A DNA stretch of 64,000 bases from Sphyrna mokarran (lineage: Eukaryota): the NCBI GenBank assembly GCA_024679065.1, contig JAGIQG010000004.1:62496001-62560000 (forward strand), read 5' to 3'. The notes beneath the pieces were generated by a model that had not been told where the DNA came from, did no database searches, and saw only the letters and a program-made list of their open reading frames with translations. Positions 51,006-63,002 of this stretch are shown in pieces. Numbering within the stretch: the stretch's first letter is position 1; each line of letters opens with the position of its first letter. A program made the translations under genes and the position numbers.

Positions 51006-53160
51006 GGGTCCGATTTTACCATTGCGTCGCGCCCATCTCCGGACGCAAAAACGTGATAAATTCGGGCGTGAGGCATGAACGCGATCCGCGTCTGGGCAGA
51101 TGCCCACTTTAACAAGGCCAGAAAATGGCCGATCCAGTCGTGCCTGCAACGGGCACAGTAGCGACTTAAAAGAATTTGCATGCATTTAAATTGAATTAAT
51201 GGGCTGCCCTCCCAATGTTTATGAAATATTTGTTTTCTCATTTACCGACGCGTTCTGAAGTCCAGATAAGGCCCGAAACAGGCATGCCCAGCAAAGGTCT
51301 GTTTCGGGAGCTCCAGCTTCTGAAGAGGTAAGTTCAGATCTTCCAACGTCTTATTTCAGTGCTGGTTTGGGGTGGGGGCGGGGTAGGCGGGCGTGGGGGA
51401 GGGAAGGTGTAGAGAGGCGAACAGATTATTCTCTGGTTCGGGGGAGAGGAGGGAGGGCAGATCATTCTTTGGCGGATGGAGAGAGGAAAAAGGCCCCATC
51501 GTGTCTGGTTGGGAGGTGGGGAGAGAGAGGCAGAGGGAGGGCTCATTGTTGCCTATGGGAAGGGGGTGGAAAGACACAGAGAGGTCAGATTGTTATCTGG
51601 TATTTGGGGAGGGGAAGGCAGAGGGAGGACAGATTGCTGTCTGTTGGGGGGAGGAGGGAGACCCAATCATTCTCTGTTGGGCGGGGGGTGAGATGAAGCT
51701 ATGTGGGATTGGGCGTTGGCGGGCTGAACATAGAACATAGAACATAGAACAATACAGCACAGAACAGGCCCTTCGGCCTTCGATGTTGTGCCGACCAAAA
51801 TAAAAAGCAAATGCCCCTCCTAACTAAACCATTCCCTTCTCATCCATATACTTATCAACTAACCTCTTAAACGCCACCAAACTTGGCGCATCTACAACAG
51901 CTGCCGGCAGGGCATTCCACTCCCTAATCACTCTTTGAGTAAAGAACCTACCTCTGATATCCGTCCTATAACTCATACCCCTTATTTAAAGCTGTGTCCC
52001 CTCGTGCTAGCTTTCTCCATCCTAGGAAAAAGGCTATCACTGTCCACCCTATCCAAACCTCTAATTATCTTATATGCTTCAATAAGATCCCCCATTAGCC
52101 GCCTCCTTTCTAACGAAAACAACCTCAAATCCTTCAACCTCTCTTCATAGGACCTGCCCTCCATACCAGGCAACATCCTGGTAAACCTCCTCTGTACCCT
52201 CTCCAATGCCTCCACATCTTTTTATAATGTGGGGACCAGAACTGCACACAATACTCCAAGTGCGGCCGCACTAGAGTTTTGTACAGCTGCAACATGATGC
52301 TGCGGCTCCTAAATTCAATCCCCCTACCAATAAAAGCTAAGACTCCATAAGCCTTCTTAACAACTTTATCCACTTGACTGCCTTGGCTGGAGGTTCCTCT
52401 GCTACTCTGCGGGCGATCAGTTGGGGGAAGTGGGACAGAGGGTCGCCATCGGCCAGTTTGGGAGGGAGATGGGTAGATAACGGAGACAGTTATGTTGTTG
52501 GGTTTAGGGTGATTTCTGTGGGCGCCCACTTTCCACTACTGGGCTGCATTGTCCGCTTTTTGCGGCGTGGGAGCGATGTGACAGGACGTGTATTTATACT
52601 TATTTTTGGAACTGCGCGTGCGCATTTAAAATCTCCGGTCCTTGCAACGGCGTTTCTGGTGTATCCCGCTCGCGATTCAAGCTTTTTTTTCTCTCGGGCT
52701 AAGTGCTAAGGGGCGCCTGGGATTTCCTACGGGGCCTATTTTTACCATTTTGATTCGACGTGCTGAATGTGGGTGCAATTCGGATCGGTACTGTTAAAGT
52801 GTTCTCAGGTGCCCCGATGAACACTTACCCTGAAAGAAAGTCGTGAGTCTTAATTGTGCTGTGGATGGCGCTTATTGCTCCTAAACGCTGCAGCTGGGAT
52901 GGGAACTTCGAATTACGCATGCACAATGAGAAAACAATTTGAAAAATATGTCCCTATCACATCTGTCCCAGGTTGCAAAAAGCGGATAAAGCAGCCGGGG
53001 ATCGAAAGCGCGAAAGATGGCCTCCACAAAGATCACCCCAACCTCACAACATGGCTGTCTCACAAATTCACCCCGCCCCCCCTCTACTACCCGATCGACC
53101 GTGACCCCTGCCGGCCTTCCACCACCACCTATTGCTCAATGAATGTCAACAGACACCTCC
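51006..53160. mobile_element. Harbinger-related non-autonomous ends and remnants
   Basis: 51006 (gggtccgattttaccattgcgtcgcgccc) matches the reverse complement of the 60480 end. 52732 (gggcctatttttaccattttgattc) matches the 54073 end. Confidence 0.65.
51727..52383 (-). mobile_element. CR1-A 3' fragment
   Basis: Near-identical to the other CR1-A copies; gttctat tail. Confidence 0.95.
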
Positions 53161-53164
53161 CAAC

Positions 53165-53885
53165 AAACAAAGAGAAAAGAACAATACAGCACAGGAAACA
53201 GGCCCTTCGGCTCAAGGATCCCGCGCCGCCATTTTAACATTATGAGTGCCCTCCTCTACTTATGAACTTTGTCTATACTGTTAGGGAAGAGTGAGGGAAG
53301 ACTACTTTAGGGACAATTTGTTACATCAATCAGCTTAAGAGCATCTTTTTGGGATGTGGAAAGAAACCGCGTCACCCGGAGAAAACCCATGTAATCATGG
53401 AAAGAATACACAAACTCCCGCAGACACCGGCCCAAATCCATTTATCTGCACAGCAAACAGTGATAGTCACTGAGCTGTCGTGTTGCCCGTCAGCTGTGGT
53501 CCAGTTTAAGCACACACTAACAATGTGAAGCACCAGGCATATCTCGAAGCAACATTCAAGAGCAGCCCTCGCACGACCCACCGCGTGTGTCCCTTGTTGG
53601 TCAACAAGGCGAACCGAATCAACTGTGAAGTGAAAGAAAAGACATCAGTAAACATGCTACCTGACACCCCCTCCTCCCTCCCACAGAGAACTATCTGGCC
53701 TCCCTCACACAAGAGAATGATCAGCCATCGCCATCACCACAGAATGTTTGTGCCTCCCCCCACCAGATGATTTGGCTTCCCCACATCAAAACATTCTGAT
53801 GTGGATATATGCCCCTTTCTTCCATCATTTTACGTAAGATTCTTGGAAAACACTGTCATCAAGTGTTTCAGATGCTATATGCAGC
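53165..53885 (-). mobile_element. Diverged CR1 (CR1-C) 3' end carrying the same acceptor/hairpin/V-SINE module
   Basis: 53330-53645 aligns with the CR1-B module. ~53800-53880 resembles an ORF2 end (..MMEEKG). Sequence on both sides of the module differs from CR1-B. Confidence 0.75.
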
Positions 53886-54765
53886 GCAGCAGCTCAAAGA
53901 CATTTTCTGCACCGTATTAAGTTCAGTTAAGGATGATCATCAAAGTTTGCTTTTGCCAGCGACATTATTTTGCCATTAAAGTCGTGCACTTTAATAATGC
54001 CCTTGGATATAAACATAGGCACACACAAACAAATCAACTTCACGAAGAAAGGGAGACGCAGGTAGACATATAGGGTCTGATTTTACTATTTTCATTCTAA
54101 ATGCCGAATCTGGGCATAATACAAATCCAACTGCCCCTTGTACACTCTCAGCCATCTCCAGTATCAATCACAATGGGGGCGTGGCGTAGCGTGGCCGAAA
54201 CAATCAGAGCTCTGAACTGCACGTGCACACTTGGAAAAACATTGAAAAAGCGTACCTATACACATCAATCCCGAGATGGATAATGCCTTCCCTTAGCCCC
54301 ACAAACATTGTCCCACCCAAACAGCATTACAGACCCACTTATGCCCCCAGCCTCCACCACCCAGAACAATCGAGAATCCCTCCCACCTCTCCCCACCTAT
54401 CTCAGGAAGAGTGGCGTCAGACCCTCCCCCTTCCTTCACTAATCTGAGGCAGAGAGATACCCCCAACCCTGCAGATATCAGGCATAGTGACCCCCTTACT
54501 ACCTGCTCGGAGCCTCCTGCAAAAGGCCCCATCCCACCTACACTCCGATGGCTGTGTGACACCTCACTTTCCTCTCTTGTAACTAATCATTGAGGTGTTC
54601 ATCCACCACCCCCTCGCCCCGACCTCCCCAGCCACACATCTGCAGAGTGCCCACTTTCTTCCCCCTTATACTAATAAACAAACTGCATAGAACTTGCTGG
54701 GATGTTCTGTCAAATTGCCTGCAGCTGATCTTTCCTAAGGAAAAGCAGCTCCAAAAAATCTCCAG

Positions 54766-56790
54766 AATGGACAGGCAGTCAGTACAGGACAATGTGCGCA
54801 TGACCAGCCCACCCAATTTAATGAGGACGACTTGAGGAGATTTTTTGGTGCTGCTAAATTGAGGTGCATCACCGTCTTACTCCCAGGAGGATATAGACCC
54901 GCGGCGAGGGTGGGGGGGGGGGGGGGGGGGGCGATGGTGGTGGGTGCAGTGGGGCTGCTGATGGCCATGCGCCTTAGGAGGCAGTTACCGCCCGGTCGGT
55001 GCAGGGCACTGGCCCCTGGAACCGCAAGGCTGTGTTGGAAAAAAAAAAATCAGTGACCTCATTCACATGCTCCCTCATATCCCCCCAGATCCTTCTGTTC
55101 TCAGCACCCTGTATGCTTCTGAGCTCCAAGCGCCTCCTTCCATTCTCCCCAATAAGCCCCACTGTATTTGCTCTCTGAGGGTCACCATCTCATTCTCTGC
55201 CACTATTTGTTTCATCGTTCCTTCTGTCTCCACAGAAGAAGATTGAACACAACACCCATGAGAGGGTGAAGACAGGGCATGGTGAGTAAGAGTCCAGGTC
55301 CTCATCCGGTCTGAGTAGCGGGCGCTGGAGCTCACAGGAAAAAGGGAGACAAGGGCTGTCAAGGTCGTTCTGCTGTCCACTTGTTGGCACGTGTCATTCC
55401 TACACTCTGAGGCAATTTTTTAGAGGGACGAGTTTCGGGTGCAAAGGGCAATGTGTAAAGGCGACGTATGGGGCATTTTATTTGCGTTCAGAGGATAGTG
55501 GTTGCCTGGAACTCACTGTCCTAGGAGTCGTGAAAGCAGAAACTATAGGGACAGTTAAAGGACATCTCTGCAGCTACCTGAATGGGATGGGAACAGAGGC
55601 AGATGGGAACAAACAAATCAGATGGGGAGCCTACTCACTACAGGGTTGGAGGGCTATAGGCCTTTTCCTGTGATGTAATTGTCTGGTTTCAGTGTTCAAT
55701 GTTCAAAGGGGCCATGTGATACACGTATTTGGCATCCCAGATTACTCTCCTTGCACATAACATTATGTCCTCTGTTTCAGTGACACATCCTGATACTCCA
55801 GAGCCTTCGGGACCACAGGACCTGGTTCCAGGTCTCATCCATCCTAGGAACAATGGCGGGGCTGTGTTCTCAGAGGATATGGGTAAGGTGACTGCTGAGA
55901 ATGGCACCGTTTATCCGTCAGATTCTACCACATGGCGTCTGCAATGGACAGCAGAACGACCTTGACAGCCCTTGTCTCCCTTTTTCCTGTGAGCTCCAGC
56001 GCCGCTACTCAGACCGGATGAGGACCTGGACTCTTACTCACCATGCCCTGTCTTCACCCTCTCATGGGTGTTGTGTTCAATCTTCTTCTGTGGAGACAGA
56101 AGGAACGATGAAACAAATAGTGGCAGAGAATGAGATGGTGACCCTCAGAGAGCAAATACAGTGGGGCTTATTGGGGAGAAAGGGAAGGAGGCGCTTGGAG
56201 CTCAGAAGCATACAGGGTGCTGAGAACAGAAGGATCTGGGGGGATATGAGGGAGCATGTGAATGAGGTCACTGATTTTTTTTTGGGGCAGGGTATCCACA
56301 CCATGGATGACAGGCTCCAAGAAATGGCCAAGTCTCAGCAGGTCACAGCAGAGAGATTGAGCAGGTTTCCTGAGAGTCTGCGGCCTATGGCTGAGAGTCT
56401 TGACACCTTGCAGCAGACCCAGAGGGACAGCGGTGAGACATAGCAGGCAATGTCAGCAACCCTTGAGAAGATGACCCAGTCTCAGAGTGCCACCGCTGAG
56501 GGCTTGCAAAGCATGGCCTAGTTTCAGAGGGTTATGGCAGAGGGCTTGCAGAACATGGCCCAGTCTCAAAGGGCACTTGTTGCAGCCATTGAGAAATGCC
56601 CCAAGACTCCACTGGCCACTGCAGAGGAGTCGACCACCATAAGTAGGACACAAGTGGTCCTACAGAATTGCCAGTCCCTGGCGCTCACTGCAAAAGCACC
56701 AATGTCCCACGGAATGACCCAGGGGCCAAAAGGGACCCCCAACGGAGGAAGAAAGGCGCAAGGCCATGCTGGGGCCTTCCAGCCTTGAGA
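54766..56790 (+). pseudogene. Harbinger Myb/SANT-like protein, disrupted
   Basis: PTQFNEDDLRRFFGAAKLR...RP at 54800-54960 and a coiled-coil C-terminus at 55900-56790. Confidence 0.65.
55039..56283. repeat. ~340-bp near-perfect inverted repeat (55039-55379 / 55945-56283)
   Basis: Direct reverse-complement match with only a few differences; the same peptide appears in ORFs 55075-55380(-) and 55901-56443(+). Confidence 0.95.
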
Positions 56791-56796
56791 CTGTGG

Positions 56797-57515
56797 CTAG
56801 GATCCTTAGTAGCCTTGATGAACAGAGGGATCTTGGTGTGTATGTGCATAGATCCCTGAAAGTAGGCAGTCAAGTCGAGAAGGTTGTTAAGAAGGCATAT
56901 GGAGTCTTAGCTTTTATTGGTAGGGGGATTGAATTTAGGAGCCGCAGCATCATGTTGCAACTGTACAAACCTCTAGTGCGGCCGCACTTGGAGTATTGTG
57001 TGCAGTTCTGGTCCCCACATTATAAGAAAGATGTGGAGGCATTGGAGAGGATACAGAGGAGGTTTACCAGGATGTTACCTGGTATGGAGGGCAGGTCTTA
57101 TGAAGAGAGGCTGAGGGATTTGAGGTTGTTTTCGTTAGAAAGGAGGCGGCTAAGAGGAGACCTTATTGAAACCTATAAGATGATTAGAGGTTTAGATAGG
57201 GTGGACAGTGATAGCCTTTTTCCTAGGATGGAGAAAGCTCGCACGAGGGGACACAGCTTTAAATTAAGGGGTGATAGTTATAGGACGGATATCAGAGGTA
57301 GGTTCTTTACCCAAAGGGTGGTTCGGGAGTGGAATGCCCTGCCTGCAGCAGTGTAGATGCGCCAAGTTTGGTGGCGTTTAAGAGGTTAGTTGATAAGTAG
57401 ATGGAAGAGAAGGGAATGGTTTAGTATGGAGGGGCATTGCTTTTTATATTGGTCGGCGCAACATCGAAGGCCGAAGGGCCTGTTCTGTGCTGTAATGTTC
57501 TATGTTCTATGTTCT
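56797..57515 (+). mobile_element. CR1-A 3' fragment inserted in the Harbinger
   Basis: ORF 56766-57356 C-terminal part; gttctat tail. Confidence 0.95.
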
Positions 57516-58399
57516 GATGCCCCCCTTCCTGACACTGGGTCATCTCGGGGCTAGTGGGATGAAGAGGATGCCATGGAAACATCCAAAACATCCTCAAGGT
57601 CCAGGGTCTCCAGAGGACACCAGCCACATGCATCACAGGCGATGGAGTAAGGTCGGCAACTGACCCCCCGCCTCCACTTCTGATATATATTCTGCAGAGT
57701 CACTGAGGCATAGTATGTGGCAGCTTAAGGTTAGGAGGTAGTAGTTGCAATGAGATGGCACGGGTGAAGGGCTGCAATAGTTTGAAAGGACTGTAGGCAC
57801 TTTAGTGTTTTGTTTTCACAAGTTTCTGTGTTTCATCTGCTAAATGTCTTTATTGCAAATAAATGTTTTTCTCTCTCCCCCACAACGACCTGCAAATAAA
57901 TTGTTTTGAATAGGATTCCTGTCCCATTGATGGTCACCCGTTGGACATTTCATGGGGGTGACGCCTCAAAGCGGTGTTGCTGAAAAAAGGAAGCCATTGG
58001 TCTATCAAACTCAATGAGTGATCACCTGCCACCCCCAAACCTCCCACACCAATATCCTTTTTGGGGTGTTTCGGAGTCCTTACCCACTAGACAGGTGTGG
58101 GCCCAGATTCTAGTGTGCATGTGGATCTCAGGCTGCAGACAGACTGGTTTGCACCAGGGCATCATCAGAATTGTGGTTTGTCAGTCGTCATCACCCTCCT
58201 GCCTGAAAAAAAGAGAATCACAGTCATAGAGTACCCAGGCCCAACACTCTGGTGTGACAATGTGCAGGATAAATAGATGGCATTTTTGGGGGAGGGGAGG
58301 GAGGGAATGGAACCCACAATCACTATCCCCAAGTAACTGAATTGCCTGGTTATCTGAGCCTCCCTAGCCACCCTTACATGCCTCGGCTGAGGTGCCAGC

Positions 58400-59560
58400 C
58401 CTCCACCACTTGGCTGGTGTTCGAAGGTATTCTCATCCTCCTTTCCCTCCTTCTCCTTATCTTCTCATCCTGCTGGTCATCCTCTCCAGTGACATCCAGC
58501 TGGTCATCCTTTACATCCTCTTCCTCTCCAAGAGGTCACTTGCTGCAGAGTCAGATTGTGCAAGGCACAGCATACCACTACTATGTGGGAGATCAGGGGG
58601 CTGTACTGGCGGTCCACTCCAGATAAGTCCAGGCACCAGAATCGCATCTTGAGGAGCCCAGTGCACCTCTCTACTGTCGGTTGAAGGCTACATGGATCTC
58701 ATTGTAGTGAATCTCCGCCTCAGTTACTTGCCTCTGCACAGGTATCACAACTATGTGAGAAGTGAATAACCATATCACCCAGGTGCAACCCATGCAGACT
58801 GGACTCCTCCTCAAATACTTCCAGGATGTCCGAGCTCCTTACAATGAAGCTGTCATGCATCCTGACTGGATGTCTGGTGTCGATGAGCATGATGGTCATG
58901 TTGTGGTCACACACGATTCGCATATTCAGGGACTGGAACCCCTTACTATTAACAAAACATTGTGGATTCAATAGAGGGGCTGGGAGGGTGACATGCGTGC
59001 AGTCGACCAGGCCTTGCACATTCAGCATCCACACAATTGCAACAAACTCCACAGTGTGGGCTTCCTGATGAACCTGGTTTAGATTGAATTTGATGTACTG
59101 CCCAGCCTGGCATACAGGATTTCAGTGATCTGCTTGACACAGGTGTGAACTGAAGATTGGGAGATGCCACAGATGTCTCTGCTCCCGTACTGGAAGGAGC
59201 TAATTGCATTGATGTTCAGAGCAGCGTTAATCTGACCACCACCAAGAGTGGGTGCCCCCCAATCCCTTGGTGCCAGGTCCTGTAGCAGGTTGCACAGGTG
59301 TTGCACGGTATTCTTTTCGGAATCAGAGACATCGGCGGCATAAGGTGTCTGATCGCGCCTCAAAGGACACTCATGCATGGAACTGCCGGGGTTTCTGCTT
59401 CCTCCTTCTCCTACGACCCCTGGGTGAATGGGCGGCTACCTCCTGCCTCGGACAGTCGTCTCCGTCTGATCCTGCAGGTGGAACAGCCTGCGACTCCGGG
59501 TCCCGCAAATTTTTCTACAAGTCCTCCTCCATGGCTCCAGCAACAACTAAGAGAACAGCA
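58400..59560 (-). pseudogene. Harbinger (HARBI1-like) DDE transposase, disrupted
   Basis: DICGISQSSVHTCVKQITEIL (HTH), VQGLVDCTHV, FVNSKGFQSLN..IVCDH, HDSFI, LGD. Confidence 0.9.
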
Positions 59561-60525
59561 AGTTTGGTTGCATTGCAAATGGCATCTCCTCACTCTGAAC
59601 GGCGTGTGTTAGGGGGGTGGTAGGTTGGGGGGAGGTGGACGTGAACAAATGTGAACGCTGTTTGTCCCTCACATGTCAAAAATCTCAGCCCTCCCTGCCC
59701 TTCACTCTCCTCAGCCACATGCTCTACACAATCACAGCACCACATGCCCCTCACTCCCCACAGCCACATGCGCCACACAATCACAGCTCCAGCCCCGCTG
59801 CCACCACCCCCCCCCGCCCATGCCCTGCAATCCCCACAGCCTCATGGTTCACACAATAACCGCCCCTGGTAAATTTGGGGGGCCGTAGCTGTGATATCTG
59901 CAAGAGCATTGTGCACATCCTTCAGCCTGAAGCGTGCTGTGGTGCAAGGATCCAACAGCAGTGCAAGACCCCAAGTGTTTGCTGAGACCCGGGTCGGTGA
60001 TGCAAAACAAACATTGGAGATTGTGCACAAAAACAGTTCGCTCCACCTCCCTCCAAACACTAGCAAAGCCACCACCGACCTGGGACAGTGAAATGGTCGC
60101 AAGAACAGGAAACCCGCGAGTCATACGCTTTCATCCTCGTCTACCCTGATTGATGAAGTGCCTGATTCAGACTTCTATTCAGTAGTCGATTACGGAGCGG
60201 CTCCCGATTGATAAACACGGCGGTAAAGGGGTGAGGGGTGGGGGGTGGAATAATGGTAAAGTTCGGTGGCAGTTCATTAATTCAATTGAAGTACATGTAA
60301 ATGCATTTAAATCGCCATTGTGTCCGTTTTGGCCATGAGATACATCGCCACCATTTCCGGGTTTCAGTAAAGTGGCAATCTGCGAGGGCTTGGGTACAGA
60401 TTGTGATAAGGGCCTCTCATTCAAATTTACCATATTTTCGCGCCAGATAACGGGCGCGAGGAAATAATAAAATAGGGCCCATAGATTAACAGATATGCTG
60501 TAGGATAGATGCAAAGGCAAATAAA

Positions 60526-60663
60526 ACAGCGATAGTCACTGAGCTGTCGTGTTGCCCATCAAATGGTCCAGGTCAAGCGTACACTAACGACGTAAAGCAC
60601 TAGGATACTCTCGAAAAATCCAAGAGCAGCCCTCTCACGACCCATCGCGTGTCGACAACAAGG
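60526..60663 (-). repeat. Solo internal fragment of the CR1-B 3'UTR module
   Basis: Near-identical to 10241-10393 but lacks the V core, tail and ORF2. Confidence 0.9.
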
Positions 60664-60997
60664 ATCAGCTTCCCACATTGATACAAAACTCACAATTCAT
60701 TTTATTCTCCCTCTTTTTAGATCTCAATTATTTTTTTATTTAAGCATTTACATTAATCCAATCGTAATTAGTCAAGTTTCTACTGAAAATAACTTTGCGC
60801 TTGAAGATATGAAATGCTTTGAACTTGTCTTGGGGAAAAGTATGGACAAATTGGCTTGGATTTTCAAAATCTTCCGAACTGTCCTGGCTTGAGACAACTC
60901 ACACCCCTTTAATCTATGACTATCCCTCTCTCCACTCGCATTATCTGCACCTATGATGGCTTGATTACCCAAGTGTCCGTCTATATGTATTCATATA

Positions 60998-62212
60998 TAG
61001 TGACTAGCGTAGTAGATAGAGGGGAACAGGAGAATGTGGTGTTTTTGGATTTCCAAAAAGCGTTTGATAGGGTGCCTCACAAAAGATTGCTGCAGAATGT
61101 TAGGGTGCAGGGAGTCGGAGGGAGGGCGTTAGAATGGATAGAGGATTGGTTGTCTAATAGGAAGCAGAGGGTAGATATTAATGGGTGCTATTCTGATTGG
61201 CAGCTGGTGACTAGTGGAGTGCCCCAAGGTTCGGTGCTGGAGCCTCAACTATTTACCATTTACATAGATGATCTGGAGGAAGGGGTAGAGTGCAGGGTGA
61301 CGAAATTTGCTAATGACACGAAGATGAGTGGAAAAGCAAATTGCATGGAGGGTATGGAAAGACTGCAGAGGGGTCTGGATAGGTTGAGTGAGTGGGCGAG
61401 GGCCTGGCAGATGGAGTATAATGTTAGCAAGTATGACGCTACCACTTTGAGAAGAATAATGGTAGGAAGGACTACTATTTAAATGGAGAAAAGCTGCAGC
61501 ATGCGACAATGCAGAAGGACCTGGGGGTCCTTGTGCACGAATCGCAAAAAACAGAGTATGCAGGGGCAGCAGGTGATTAAGAAGGCGAATGCAATGTTGG
61601 CCTTTATAACTAGGGGGATAAAATATAGAAGTAGGGAGGTTCTGTTGCAGCTGTATAGGGTGCTGGTGAGACTGCAGCTGGAGTACTGGGTGCAGTTCTG
61701 GTCTCCGTATTCGAGGAAGGATATATTGGCCTTGGAGAGGGTGCAGAGAAGGTTTACTAGGCTGATACGAGAAATGAGGGCGTTGGATTATAAGGAGAGA
61801 CTGAATAGGCTGGGTTTGTACTCTGTGGAGTTCAGAAGACTGAGAGGGGATCATATAGAATAGTATAAAATAATGAAGGGGATGGATAAGGTAGAGGTTG
61901 AGAGATTCTTCTCACTTAACAAAGGTAGCAGGACTAGAGGGCACACTCTCAAGATTGGGGGGGGGGAACGGTTCAGATTGGAGTTGCAGAGGGGTTTCTT
62001 CACGCAGAGGGTGGTGAATATTTGGAATTCTCTGCCTGATGTGGTGGTGGAGGCTTCCTCGCTGAATATGTTCAAGTCAAGGGTGGATAGGTTTTTAATT
62101 GACAAGGGAATTAATGGTTATGGGGAGATCAGCCATGATCTTACTGAATGACGGAGCAGGCTCGAGGGGCTGTATGGCCTACTCCTGCTCCTATTTCTTA
62201 TGTTCTTATATG
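60998..62212 (+). mobile_element. CR1-D (HER1-type tail) 3' fragment
   Basis: ORFs 60916-62151 with RT motifs; same family as 14430-15792. Confidence 0.9.
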
Positions 62213-62363
62213 TTGTATTTCTGAACCCAACTCTCCACTTAACTGGTGATGGAGCAGCGTTCCAAAAGTTCACACTACCCAATAAATCTGTTGAACTTTA
62301 ATCTGGTAATTCTTATTTTGCCCATCTCAGTCCAATGCCAGCACGTCCACATCATTTTAACCA

Positions 62364-62975
62364 TGTGGTATTGGTTTAGGGGGGGGTTAATGGACTTTTG
62401 TTTATAAAACAAAAAAGTCTCCTGAGATTTTTGATTAAAGGAAGGAAGGTGATGTTATGTATACATGGCCATGTATTAATAAGATTAATGGGAAGAGCTA
62501 AGTTTCTGGAAGAGACAAAAGAAGCTTTCAGTTTAGTTTCAGGCTGGAATATTTGAAGGCAGAAGTCTGCAAACTGCTCTGAAAATCAAAACCTCTCTGA
62601 AGAAGTGAAGGCTATTACCCCAATTTATGGCAGGTATTCCTTGGGCTGCTAACTGTATTTGAAGTATTTTTTTGACTCCATAAGAAAAACGTTGATTATT
62701 TGGAACTGAAAGTGATAAGGTAGAATTTAGAGTTCTTTCTTTCATGCTTTATTATTAAAACTGGTAGTAATCAAACTACTAATTTTATCAAAGTTATACT
62801 TAAACTGTGTTATGAAGTAAAACATGATTTACAACACAAATGCTGAATTTGTCAGTGGAATTACTCCTGGCATGAAGCATCCCATCCTTAATTTGTGCCA
62901 AAACAAAAAAAAAACACGTTGTTATATATTCTGGATTGCTAATGTAACTTGGCATTCTGCTCCAGAGTCCTAACG
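62364..62975 (+). repeat. Possible solo LTR
   Basis: Starts tgt and ends ..gtcctaac with LTR-like composition; no clear TSD. Confidence 0.3.
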
Positions 62976-63002
62976 GCAAAACATAATGGAAAAATCACCA
63001 GA

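Larger units (their letters stand above)
54073..60480. mobile_element. PIF/Harbinger DNA transposon (decayed autonomous type)
   Basis: Imperfect TIRs (gggtctgattttactatttt vs gggccctattttattatttc, 15/20), ATA on both flanks, and convergent Myb/SANT (+) and DDE nuclease (-) genes. Confidence 0.85.

Noticed and set aside
53372-53581. 69-aa hydrophobic ORF resembling a small membrane protein in the 3'UTR module
   Set aside because: Other copies have 2-nt indels, a variable poly-T and an in-frame TGA, so the frame is not conserved.
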